From an uncultured Phycisphaerales bacterium (GTDB lineage Bacteria > Planctomycetota > Phycisphaerae > Phycisphaerales > SM1A02): a stretch of DNA of 64,000 nt. Where the stretch lies: assembly GCA_938084645.1 (NCBI GenBank), contig CALKEP010000015.1:37094-101093 (forward strand), in the 5' to 3' direction. Made by a program: the position numbers and the translations under genes. Numbering within the stretch: the stretch's first letter is position 1; every line of letters starts with the position of its first letter. Below the pieces are notes generated by a model. It made no database searches. It saw nothing but the letters and a program-made list of their open reading frames with translations, and had not been told where the DNA came from. This document shows positions 9,754 through 18,696 of the stretch, piece by piece.

Positions 9754-11027
9754 GGCGTGGTCTCCAACTCGGGGGTCTTGGCGTCGCCACCACGACGGGT
9801 CACACGACCGGTCCGACGCTCCAGTTCCGCGACGACGTCATCCAACCCGACGCCCCGACTCGCGAGCGTGGTCATCGTGAAGTAGAGGAGATCGGCCGCC
9901 TCGTGGATCGTCTCTTCGGTGGTGACCGCTTCCGCGAGTTCCCCCGCCTCCTCCACGAGCTTGGCGCGCAGGAGGTCCGCATCGGACGCGAGTCGCGCCG
10001 TGTACGAGCCCGCCGCCGACGCCTGAATCCGCTCGGTGATCCGATCGGCGATCGCGGGGACGCCCTGTCGATCGCCCCAGCATCCGAAGGTGCCCTCGTG
10101 GCAGAACCCGACACCTCGCTGCCGGACCGTGAACCGGATCGCATCCCGGTCGCAGTCGAGGTCGACCCGAACCAGTTCCTGCTCCGCACCCGACGTCGCG
10201 CCCTTCTCCCAGAGCCCCCGGCGTCGCGACCAGTACACGCCACGACCCGTGTCGATCGCGCGACGGAGGCTGGCCGGGTTCGACCACGCCAGACCCATCG
10301 CCGCACCCGATTCGTCGCACACCACCGTCGGCCAGAGCCCGTCCGGACGGTCGCTTCGAAGCAGTCCGCCGATGATCTCCGCGGGATCGAGCCCACCTTC
10401 ATAGAGCGCCCGTCCGACCTGAACGTCGACGCCGATGCGGTCGAGCGCCGCGATCTCCTCCACGGAACGCGTCCCACCCGCGGCCACCAGTCCTCGGTCA
10501 CCGACCAGGCCTCGAAGACGGGTCGCACGTTCCAGGTCCAGCCCGGTGCCGGTCCCCTCGTTCTCGACGAACGTCGCGAGGAATCCGGAGACGAACGGTC
10601 GAAGTCGCTCGATCCTCGCCTCCACGGTGTCGCCGGTCCGCCGACGCCACCCTCGATCGACCACCTCCCCGTCCCAGGCATCCACCGCCGCGATCACGCG
10701 ATCACGAGGAAGCGTCGACAGCAGTTCGGGGGTCGCAGCCGTGCCGATCACCACCTTGCTCGCCCCGGCATCGAGCCAACGCACCGCCGTCTCCCGGGTC
10801 CGGATGCCGCCGCCGACCCGGCACCGACCGAGGCGGCACAGCCGCTCGATGATCCCGGTGTTGTCGCCATCGCCGACCGCGGCGTCGAGGTCGACGATCG
10901 CGACCTCGCCGATCCGGGCGAAACGGTCCATGTGCACGAAGGGATCACCACCGTCGAGCAGGAACTCCCGTCCCTGACGCCACTGCACCGCACGCCCCTT
11001 TGAAATGTCGATCGATGGAATCAGCAT
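9750..11027 (-). CDS. hisA/hisIE: HisA-HisI-HisE fusion (ProFAR isomerase / PR-AMP cyclohydrolase / PR-ATP pyrophosphatase)
   Basis: MLIPSID..VDLDAA..VGGGIR..VIGTAA (HisA); YWSRRRGLWEKG..DCDRD..FCH (HisI); KLVEEAGEL..HEAADLLYF (HisE); single frame. Confidence 0.92.
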   Translation of the reverse strand: MLIPSIDISKGRAVQWRQGREFLLDGGDPFVHMDRFARIGEVAIVDLDAAVGDGDNTGIIERLCRLGRCRVGGGIRTRETAVRWLDAGASKVVIGTAATPELLSTLPRDRVIAAVDAWDGEVVDRGWRRRTGDTVEARIERLRPFVSGFLATFVENEGTGTGLDLERATRLRGLVGDRGLVAAGGTRSVEEIAALDRIGVDVQVGRALYEGGLDPAEIIGGLLRSDRPDGLWPTVVCDESGAAMGLAWSNPASLRRAIDTGRGVYWSRRRGLWEKGATSGAEQELVRVDLDCDRDAIRFTVRQRGVGFCHEGTFGCWGDRQGVPAIADRITERIQASAAGSYTARLASDADLLRAKLVEEAGELAEAVTTEETIHEAADLLYFTMTTLASRGVGLDDVVAELERRTGRVTRRGGDAKTPELETTP

Positions 11028-11779
11028 GTTCGAATCTCCGTTCCCGAGGCGAGGAGCGATCGCTTGAGATCGCCGATTCCCACCTGACCTTCGTGAAGCA
11101 CACCTGCCGCGAGGGCGCCCGTGGCCCCCGACGCGAACGCCGCCGCGAAATCCCGCCACGAGGCGGCTCCGCCACTCGCCACCACCGGTACCGAGACCGC
11201 ACGGGTGGTGGACCGGATCAGTTCCAGGTCGTATCCCGACCGCGTGCCGTCGCGATCGTGACTGGTGAGGAGGATCTCCCCCGCGCCGAGCTCGACCGCC
11301 CGAGTCGCCCAACCGACCGCATCGAGTCCGGTCCGACCACGTCCCGATCGGACGAGCAGTTCCCATCCCATCCGGCCGCGTCGGATCGCATCGATCGCGA
11401 CCACCACGCACTGTCGACCGAACCGATCGTGGAGCGCCTCGACGAGCTCGGGCCGCATCACCGCCGCCGTGTTCACGCTCACCTTGTCGGCACCCGCGTC
11501 GAGCAGGCGATTCGCCGTCTCGACGTCGCCGATTCCACCGCCCACCACGACCGGAACATCCACCACCGCCCGGATGCGCCGCACCAGCGCCGGCGTCGCG
11601 GATCGTCCTTCCGAGGTCGCGGACACGTCGAGCACCACGATCTCGTCGGCGCCGGCGTCCGCGTAGCGACCGGCGATCTCGACGGGATCCCCGATTTCAC
11701 GAAGTCCCTGGAACCGGACGCCCTTGACGACCCGGCCGTCCCGGACATCGAGACAGGGAATGATCCTGTTCAGACGCAT
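11021..11779 (-). CDS. hisF: Imidazole glycerol phosphate synthase cyclase subunit
   Basis: RIIPCLDV..VVKG, GADKVSVNTAA, GEILLTS.DRDG, ASGGA. Confidence 0.96.
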   Translation of the reverse strand: MRLNRIIPCLDVRDGRVVKGVRFQGLREIGDPVEIAGRYADAGADEIVVLDVSATSEGRSATPALVRRIRAVVDVPVVVGGGIGDVETANRLLDAGADKVSVNTAAVMRPELVEALHDRFGRQCVVVAIDAIRRGRMGWELLVRSGRGRTGLDAVGWATRAVELGAGEILLTSHDRDGTRSGYDLELIRSTTRAVSVPVVASGGAASWRDFAAAFASGATGALAAGVLHEGQVGIGDLKRSLLASGTEIRTC

Positions 11780-12393
11780 GGCATCACCTCCGCTTCGAAG
11801 GCGGCTTCGGTCCACCGCGCCAGGATTCCGGCTCCGAACCGGCCCGAGATCTCGGGGTGGAACTGGCAGGCGATGGTTCGTCCCCGTTCGAGGCCCGCGA
11901 CGAAATCTCCTTCGTCATCGCTCCAGGAGACCTTCCAATCTTCGGGCGCCGTGCGTAACGCGAATCCGTTCGCGAAATAGGCGTCCCCGGTCTCGAGCAT
12001 GGGACCGCCCGACGCCCGGATCCGATTCCATCCCATCTGGGGTCGCACCGCCGCCGGTGGCATCGCTTCCACCTCCGCATCGATGACGCCGAGTCCGACG
12101 ACACCCGGCGCTTCGGCGCTGCTTCGACACAGCATCTGCAGTCCGAGGCAGATCGCGAGGGTCGGCCGGTCACCGTCGTGACGATCGATGATGGCGCTTC
12201 GGAGGCCGTTTCGATCGATCGCGTCGATGCCCGCGGCGAAACTACCCACGCCGGGAAGCACGACGGCCGTCGCGGTCGCGATCACGTCTGGATCGACGCT
12301 CCGTGCGACCGACAGACCCTGACGCCGGAACCCCGCTTCGATGGACGACATGTTCGCCACCCCGGTGTCCACGATGTGGATGCGTCGATCCAT
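11770..12393 (-). CDS. hisH: Imidazole glycerol phosphate synthase glutaminase subunit
   Basis: LPGVGSF, ICLGLQ nucleophile, PQMGWN, QFHPE. Confidence 0.96.
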   Translation of the reverse strand: MDRRIHIVDTGVANMSSIEAGFRRQGLSVARSVDPDVIATATAVVLPGVGSFAAGIDAIDRNGLRSAIIDRHDGDRPTLAICLGLQMLCRSSAEAPGVVGLGVIDAEVEAMPPAAVRPQMGWNRIRASGGPMLETGDAYFANGFALRTAPEDWKVSWSDDEGDFVAGLERGRTIACQFHPEISGRFGAGILARWTEAAFEAEVMPCV

Positions 12394-13016
12394 CAGAGCA
12401 CCCCCTTGGTGCTGGTCACCCGATCACAGGTTCGAATCGCGGCCCGAAAGGCGACCGCGAGCGACTTGAACGCCGATTCCATCTTGTGGTGATCGTTCCG
12501 ACCTTCGAGCACCCGGACGTGAAGCGTGAACGGCGCGGTGAGTGCCAGCGTCTCGAGAAAGTGAGTCGCGTTCTCGCAGGCCAGGCCCCCGACCGAGGGA
12601 CGGACGAGATCGAGTTCGATGTTCGCACTGGGACGCCGGACCAGATCGATCGCGGTCCGAGACAGCGACTCGTCCAGGGGAACGATCGCCCAACCGAACC
12701 GTTCGATGCCCATGCGATCGCCGATCGCCTTCCCGATCAGGGTCGCGAGCACGATGGCGCAATCCTCGGCCACGTGGTGGTCGTCGACTTCGAGATCGCC
12801 CTCGCATCGCAGTTCGATTCCGATCCCCGCGTGCACCGCGAAGGCGTTCAACAGGTGGTCGAGCATTCCGATGCCGGTCGCGATGTCCACCGTCGGTTCA
12901 TCCGCGTCGAGATCGATCCGGCCGTCGATCCGGGTCTCCCTGGTGGCGCGACGAACGGTCGCGATCCGCGGCGGCACCGACGTCTCCCGCGAACACGTCT
13001 CGTTGATCGTGGTCAT
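12393..13016 (-). CDS. hisB: Imidazoleglycerol-phosphate dehydratase (monofunctional)
   Basis: RATRET, TGIGMLDHLL, DDHHVAED, NDHHKMESAFK, STKGVL. Confidence 0.96.
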   Translation of the reverse strand: MTTINETCSRETSVPPRIATVRRATRETRIDGRIDLDADEPTVDIATGIGMLDHLLNAFAVHAGIGIELRCEGDLEVDDHHVAEDCAIVLATLIGKAIGDRMGIERFGWAIVPLDESLSRTAIDLVRRPSANIELDLVRPSVGGLACENATHFLETLALTAPFTLHVRVLEGRNDHHKMESAFKSLAVAFRAAIRTCDRVTSTKGVL

Positions 13017-14746
13017 GCCATCCCTCCTTCAATGAATCGCTGCATCGCGGGTCCCGGCCGAACCACTCGCGCCGCCCCGGCTCGATCGAGGATCTCATCG
13101 CCATCCGAATCGACCGAGACGCCGATGGGAACGAGTCCCGCGTCCTTCGCGGCCACCACGTCGTCAACCGTGTCGCCGACGAACCAGGCCCGCTCGATCC
13201 CCAGCGTGTCCATGGCCGAACGGATTCCCCGAGGCGACGGCTTCAATGGCGCATCCTCTCGGGCCACCACCACGTCGAAGAGTCCGGTCAGGCCGTGACG
13301 ATCGAGGAACCAGATCGCTTCCGCTCGAGGGCGGCCGGTCACCAGGCCGATCGGCATTCGGTCCCGAAGCCGGCGCAGGAACGTGGGATCCACCAGCACC
13401 GACTCGAGTTCGCGAAGACCCGGCCGATCGCCCTCGCCGAGGTACCGGCGCTGGAACTCGCGGGTCACCGCGTCGGAATCGGCACCGATTCCGCTCCGCT
13501 GGATCAACCTGCGCGTGAGCGCCCAGTCGTCGTTGGCGTCCCCGTGCGCCTTGATCGCCTCGATCGCACCATCCTCGACCACCGCACCGAACGCCTCCGC
13601 GGTCGTTCGGATCGCCACGCGGTACGAGCGGGACACGTCGGCAATCACGCCGTCGAGATCGAAGAGCATCGCTTCCGGTCGCAAGGCCGCGTCCATCGCC
13701 GCAAGCACGCGATCGAGATCCGCGCGTGCGATGGGAACCGTGATGCGGATCCAGTCCTCGACGATCGACTCCCGAAAGGTCCGCACCGCGATTCCCGCCG
13801 ACGCCAACGCATCCGCCATCCATGGAGCGTCCGGCATCCTGACGAGAACGAAGTTGCCTTCGGAGTCGATCCGCTCGATGCCTCGCTGGTCGAGCCACTC
13901 GACCATTCGACTTCGATTGGCCCGGATGCGATCGACCCGCTTCCGCATGGCCGCTTCGGCCGACGGATCGGAGAGGAACCGGATCGCGGTGTCGATGGAG
14001 ATCGAGGAGACCGGATAGGGCCCGCCCGACTCGCGAAGCCTCGACGCGATCGCGGGCGAAGACTCGACCCATCCGACCCGAAGCCCGGCGAGTGCCCAGG
14101 CCTTGCTGAGCGTTCGGATCAGCACGGTGTTGGGGAGATCTCGGATCACCTCGCCGGGATCGGACGTCGCGAATTCCGCATACGCCAGATCGATCACCAG
14201 AAGCGTGTCGGGAAGTTCCCTCCGAATCCGGCGGATCGCCTCGGCGGAAATCGTGAGGCCCGTCGGATTGTTCGGCGTGACGAGGGCGACGACGGCGGCG
14301 CCCCGGCCGGATTCGATGACCGCCTCGATCGGAAATCGACCTTTCATCCATGCCACCCGATCCACGCTCCCTCCACACTGGGCGGCGAAACGCTCGAACA
14401 TCGGAAACGTCGGATCGAGGAGGGTGATGCGATCGCCGGAAGCGAGTGCGTCGCGGCAGATCCGATCGATGGCGTCGTCGGCACCCGCGGTGACCAGGAC
14501 GCGGTCCGGATCGATGCCGGACCGCGACGCGATCACGGACTCGAGGGAACGACGGTCGGGATACCTCGCAAGATCGATGCGGGACGCACCGAGCACGTCG
14601 GGTCCGGGGCAGTCGTCGGTCGAAGAACACTCGTTCGCGTCGAGGCGAAGGTCGATCGGACGTCCCGCCGCGTCGCGATCTGGTTCGATCGCGGAAGCGG
14701 ATGGCATCGTTGCGGCGACCGGCCTGATGGGTGTCGAGATGGTCAT
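13013..14746 (-). CDS. hisC: Histidinol-phosphate aminotransferase fused to a C-terminal HAD phosphatase
   Basis: LDANE, PNNPTG, RTLSKAWALAGLRVG (PLP Lys); then FDLDGVIADVSRSY, VTGRP, KPSP, VGDTVDD (HAD motifs I-IV). Confidence 0.92.
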   Translation of the reverse strand: MTISTPIRPVAATMPSASAIEPDRDAAGRPIDLRLDANECSSTDDCPGPDVLGASRIDLARYPDRRSLESVIASRSGIDPDRVLVTAGADDAIDRICRDALASGDRITLLDPTFPMFERFAAQCGGSVDRVAWMKGRFPIEAVIESGRGAAVVALVTPNNPTGLTISAEAIRRIRRELPDTLLVIDLAYAEFATSDPGEVIRDLPNTVLIRTLSKAWALAGLRVGWVESSPAIASRLRESGGPYPVSSISIDTAIRFLSDPSAEAAMRKRVDRIRANRSRMVEWLDQRGIERIDSEGNFVLVRMPDAPWMADALASAGIAVRTFRESIVEDWIRITVPIARADLDRVLAAMDAALRPEAMLFDLDGVIADVSRSYRVAIRTTAEAFGAVVEDGAIEAIKAHGDANDDWALTRRLIQRSGIGADSDAVTREFQRRYLGEGDRPGLRELESVLVDPTFLRRLRDRMPIGLVTGRPRAEAIWFLDRHGLTGLFDVVVAREDAPLKPSPRGIRSAMDTLGIERAWFVGDTVDDVVAAKDAGLVPIGVSVDSDGDEILDRAGAARVVRPGPAMQRFIEGGMA

Positions 14747-15669
14747 CGGATCACCTGCCTGGGTTCGCTGATGACCAGATCCGTTCCACCGGCTTCCCGG
14801 AGATCCAGCACGAGGGTGGCGATATCGGCACGCGGAACCGCGGAACGCACCGCGAATCCTCCACCCGCAAGTTGTGAAACGGTCGGCCTTCGCATGCAGG
14901 GAAGGACCTCGAGCACCGCATCGAGACGGTCCTCCTCGACGTTCAACTCGACGAGGAGCCGGCTCCGAGCTTCAAGAACCGATTCGATCAGACTCGAAAC
15001 ACGATCGATCAGACGACGTCGATCCGGATCCTCGGCGGCTTCGCGACTGGCGTAGAGGCGGGTCGAGGATTCCATGACGACGTCCACGACCCGCAGGCCG
15101 TTTGCTTCGAGGGTGGCGCCGGTCTGGACGACATCGACGACGACGTCCGCGTCTTCCGGAGGAAGCACTTCGGTGGTGCCCCAGCTTCGGACGGGGACGA
15201 TCCGGAGCCCGCGATCACGGGCCCAGGCCGCCGCGAGGTTGGGCATCTCGCTGGCGACCCGGATCACGCCGGCGCGTTCGAGATCGAACCCGTCTGGTGC
15301 GGCGGTCACGATTCGGACCGGGTCGAGACCGGTGTCGAGAATCTCGACGAGGTCGTCGCCGGCTTCCCGAACCCAGTCCGCGCCGACGAATCCAAGATCC
15401 CTCGACCCGTTCGAAAGCATCGAAACGATGGCGGGGGGCTTCATCAGCTTCGCGGCGACGCCCCGGATTCCCTCGATGCGGGGTCGATATCCCCGGCTCG
15501 TGGGACGCACTCGGAGGCCGGCATCCGCGAGCAGCGATTCGACCCCTCCCTGCATCCGACCCTTGGGGAGGCAGAGCCGAAGTCGGGTATCGGCTTCAGG
15601 TGAGTCGGCCGATCTCGGCCTGGAGGAGGAATCGATCGCAGAGGTGCGACGGGGTGTGAAGGTGGACAT
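14743..15669 (-). CDS. hisG: ATP phosphoribosyltransferase (long form)
   Basis: LPKGRM, DLGFVGADW, GTTE, DVVQTGATLEANGL, C-terminal regulatory domain (PTVSQL). Confidence 0.95.
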   Translation of the reverse strand: MSTFTPRRTSAIDSSSRPRSADSPEADTRLRLCLPKGRMQGGVESLLADAGLRVRPTSRGYRPRIEGIRGVAAKLMKPPAIVSMLSNGSRDLGFVGADWVREAGDDLVEILDTGLDPVRIVTAAPDGFDLERAGVIRVASEMPNLAAAWARDRGLRIVPVRSWGTTEVLPPEDADVVVDVVQTGATLEANGLRVVDVVMESSTRLYASREAAEDPDRRRLIDRVSSLIESVLEARSRLLVELNVEEDRLDAVLEVLPCMRRPTVSQLAGGGFAVRSAVPRADIATLVLDLREAGGTDLVISEPRQVIR

Positions 15670-15732
15670 GTGAATTCCCGGAAGTGGCCTGCGAAAGGCT
15701 CGGCTTCGTCGGGGTCACCATGCGACCACCTG

Positions 15733-15765
15733 AAAAACGACGCCGGCCTCGAAGGGCCGGCGTCG
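15733..15765 (-). terminator. Attenuator-type intrinsic terminator upstream of hisG
   Basis: Minus strand CGACGCCGGCC-CTTCGA-GGCCGGCGTCG-TTTTT: perfect 11-bp stem plus U-tract. Confidence 0.88.
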
Positions 15766-15799
15766 ATGATCGTCCTGCGTCACGCTGGTTCGATCCGTG

Positions 15800-15886
15800 T
15801 CACCGTCCCGTGGGCGAACCATGGGCATGCGAATGCTCGTGGACGAGCGGTGCATGAAGACGGTGATGGATGGTTTGAACTGGCAT
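15800..15886 (-). CDS. hisL: His-rich leader peptide of the his operon (MPVQTIHHRLHAPLVHEHSHAHGSPTGR)
   Basis: 28 codons with 7 His, translated by hand; lies between a promoter and the terminator ahead of hisG; absent from the ORF track. Confidence 0.85.
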   Translation of the reverse strand: MPVQTIHHRLHAPLVHEHSHAHGSPTGR

Positions 15887-15893
15887 GGGCAGA

Positions 15894-15923
15894 AGTATTG
15901 AGGAGGTCCTGCAGGTTCGTCAA
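15894..15923 (-). promoter_or_regulatory. Sigma70-like his operon promoter
   Basis: Minus strand TTGACG (15918-15923), N18, AATACT (15894-15899); 7 nt before the leader ATG. Confidence 0.65.
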
Positions 15924-17527
15924 CCGACGGGGACGGATTCGGACACATTCGGAGATTCTTCCGAACGGCTCGCCTCGACCACGGGGGCGGGCTCCACGAT
16001 TCCGTCCGGACTCGAGTCCGGGTCGACGCCCTTCGAAGCCTTCGAGACCAGGAACATCGCGAGGGTCGAGATGATCACCACCCCGATCAGGTTGAGCACG
16101 AAACCCTCCCGGACCATCCGATCGATGGGGACGTCCTCCGTCCCGTAGACCGCGGCGTTCGGGGCGGTCGCCACCGGAAGCATGAAGGCGCAGCTGGCAC
16201 TCATCGCGGCGGGGGCCATGAGAATCACCGGATCGACCTCGAGGGCGAGCGCGGTCGCACCGAGAATCGGCATCAGCAGCGCCGTCAACGCGGTGTTGCT
16301 GGTGATCTCGGTCAGGAAGGTGGTGAGCAGGCACACGACCAGCACCATCAGCGGAATCGGAACGTTCTTCATGCCACCGAGGTTTCCCGCGATCACCTCG
16401 CTCAGCCCGGTCGACTTGAACGCCTGGGCCAGCGCGATGCCGCCCCCGAAGAGCAGGAGCACGCCCCATGGAATCGTCTTCGCATGCTCCCAGTCGAGGA
16501 GTCGACCTCCATCCCCGTCGGGAAACGCGAACAGGAGCACCACGACCAGCGCCGCCACCGTCGCGGACCCGGACACCCGGGCATCGAGCGCGCCACCGGT
16601 CGCCAGGCCCAGCAGGCCGGTCCAGCCCCCACCCTTCTCCCAGCCGATTCCGTCGAACCACTCGATGGGGAGTGCGGGGTACTTCTGGAAGATCCAGAGT
16701 CCGGCGGCGATCGCGAACATCACGATCACGCGACGCTGGCCGCGGCTCCAGGGTTCGCCCTCCGGCAGGTCGAAGGTCTCGTTTCCGCGGAGTCCTCGCG
16801 TCAGCCACCACCACGCGATCGGCACGAAGACCACCACGACCGGGACGCCCGCCTTCATCCACTCGAGGAACCCGTAGGACCCGTCTCGAACCCCCAGCTT
16901 GTCGAACGCCCCCATGAAGATGATGTTCGGAGGCGTGCCGATCGGCGTGCCGATGCCGCCGATGTTCGCCGCGTAGGCGATCCCGAGCAGGAGCGGAATG
17001 CCCATCTTCCGATCACTGGATCCCGCGATCACCGCGAGCGCGACCGGGAGCATCATCAGGGTCGTCGCCGTGTTCGATATCCACATCGACAGCGCCGCGG
17101 TCGCCACCATGAAGCCGAGCACCACGCTCCGCCCACCGTGGCCACCGAGTCGCGCGACGCCCTTGACCACCCCGAGCGCGACCTTCCGATGCGTGCCCGT
17201 GCTCTCCATCGCGCGACTCAGCATGAACCCGCCCATCAACAGCAGGATCAGACTGTCGCCGTAGGCGTTCGCAGTCGACTTGTGGTCCAGCAGGCCCAGA
17301 ATCGGAAGGAATGCGAGGGGGATCAGACTCGTCGCCGGCACCGGAACCGGCTCGGTCACCCACCAGATCGCGCACCAGAGCGTCACGCCCGCGAGCATCG
17401 AGTCGTCGAGCTCGAGGCCGCTCGCCCGAAGCACGAACGCGAATGCGAAGGCGAGGATGGGGCCCGCGGGCAGCGCGATCCGCTTCACCATGGAAGCCGA
17501 CTTCCTCGGTTCTTCAACGGACTCCAT
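15920..17527 (-). CDS. SLC13/DASS family sodium:dicarboxylate or sulfate symporter
   Basis: SMWISNTAT, GGIGTPIGTPPN, TEITSNTA, FMLPVATAPNA; many TM segments. Confidence 0.93.
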   Translation of the reverse strand: MESVEEPRKSASMVKRIALPAGPILAFAFAFVLRASGLELDDSMLAGVTLWCAIWWVTEPVPVPATSLIPLAFLPILGLLDHKSTANAYGDSLILLLMGGFMLSRAMESTGTHRKVALGVVKGVARLGGHGGRSVVLGFMVATAALSMWISNTATTLMMLPVALAVIAGSSDRKMGIPLLLGIAYAANIGGIGTPIGTPPNIIFMGAFDKLGVRDGSYGFLEWMKAGVPVVVVFVPIAWWWLTRGLRGNETFDLPEGEPWSRGQRRVIVMFAIAAGLWIFQKYPALPIEWFDGIGWEKGGGWTGLLGLATGGALDARVSGSATVAALVVVLLFAFPDGDGGRLLDWEHAKTIPWGVLLLFGGGIALAQAFKSTGLSEVIAGNLGGMKNVPIPLMVLVVCLLTTFLTEITSNTALTALLMPILGATALALEVDPVILMAPAAMSASCAFMLPVATAPNAAVYGTEDVPIDRMVREGFVLNLIGVVIISTLAMFLVSKASKGVDPDSSPDGIVEPAPVVEASRSEESPNVSESVPVG

Positions 17528-18650
17528 GTCTTGCTCCGGAGTGATTCGACGTCTCTCGCGGGGACGAATCGAGTGCGGCACGAAGCAACGGCTCGAACGC
17601 ATCCGCCTGCCGTGCGAATCCCAGGTCGTTCGGATGCGATGAATCCACCGTGCCCTCGCCGTCGCCGCCGAGGAGCGCGTCGCCTTCGAGATAGAAGAGC
17701 CGATCGAACCCCTCCGCCACGAGGGTCGCATGAGCCGTTCGCAGCGCGGATCGACTCTCGCGATTGCGACGAGCCTTCGCCGGATTGAAGATCGCGTCCG
17801 CGTAGGTCCGATCCTCCACCAGCACGATCGGAACCATCGGTCGGAGCGATCGAAGTCTTCGTACGAACGGCGCGGCCCTCGCCGCGACCTTCTTTCCGTC
17901 GAGGTTCGGCAGGCAATCGATGATGTAGACCGAGGCATCGATCTCCGCCATCAGATCGGCCATCTCCGGATCGAGCGTGCCGCTTCCGCTGAATCCGAGA
18001 TTCACCACCGGTAGGTCGATGCGTCGACCGAGAATCGCGACATGGGCCATGCCCGGCCGCGACGCGCATGCACCATGGGTGATGGACGTTCCGTAGAAGA
18101 CCATCGGCCGAACACGTTCCACCGCGGGCTCGATGGAGGCATCCGCGGCGATGCCGATCTCGATCGATTCGACGCCGTTGTAGAGCGGGAGGTAGACGAG
18201 CCACTCCCGCGAAGCCGCGGGGAGACCGGAGACCAGCGTCCGCTCGTTCTCCCTCGCGGTCGGCCGGCCGTTGGCGACCCAACGCCAGATCGCACCCTCG
18301 GGCCGGTCCATTCGCACGTAGAGATCGACGCCGCTCACCCCGGTCGCCGGCATGTGGGGCATCGCGAGGCGATCGTTCGTGAGCCGCCAACGGGCCGCGA
18401 TCGTGGAGGAATCCGACACGAACCGAATCGCGATCCCCGCCGAGTGCCGCGAGTTGCCCCAGACCGGCGGTCGGACGACCGACTCCGCCTTCGCCGGGAG
18501 TCGATCCCATGGCGACGCGCGGACGTCGAAGGCGCGTCCCTCGACGGTCAGCGAATCACCATCGACCCACCGCAGGTCGCCGGCGAACACCGACGTCGTC
18601 ATGCAGAGGAACAGCCAGAGAAGGACCGGAACTTCGCATTGGATTCTCAT
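17514..18650 (-). CDS. Secreted SGNH/GDSL hydrolase with N-terminal accessory domain
   Basis: Signal-like N-terminus, SGVDLY, FYGTSITHG, NLGFSG, DCLPN, DSSHP; start uncertain. Confidence 0.88.
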   Translation of the reverse strand: MRIQCEVPVLLWLFLCMTTSVFAGDLRWVDGDSLTVEGRAFDVRASPWDRLPAKAESVVRPPVWGNSRHSAGIAIRFVSDSSTIAARWRLTNDRLAMPHMPATGVSGVDLYVRMDRPEGAIWRWVANGRPTARENERTLVSGLPAASREWLVYLPLYNGVESIEIGIAADASIEPAVERVRPMVFYGTSITHGACASRPGMAHVAILGRRIDLPVVNLGFSGSGTLDPEMADLMAEIDASVYIIDCLPNLDGKKVAARAAPFVRRLRSLRPMVPIVLVEDRTYADAIFNPAKARRNRESRSALRTAHATLVAEGFDRLFYLEGDALLGGDGEGTVDSSHPNDLGFARQADAFEPLLRAALDSSPRETSNHSGARHGVR

Positions 18651-18696
18651 GGGTCGAATGCTCCGAAGGGACGTCGGGCGATGATAAGGTGGCTGG

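Noticed and set aside
15715..15948. 77-aa ORF from the track upstream of hisG
   Set aside because: It runs through the terminator and has no recognisable motif; the 28-aa His-rich ORF in another frame explains the region better
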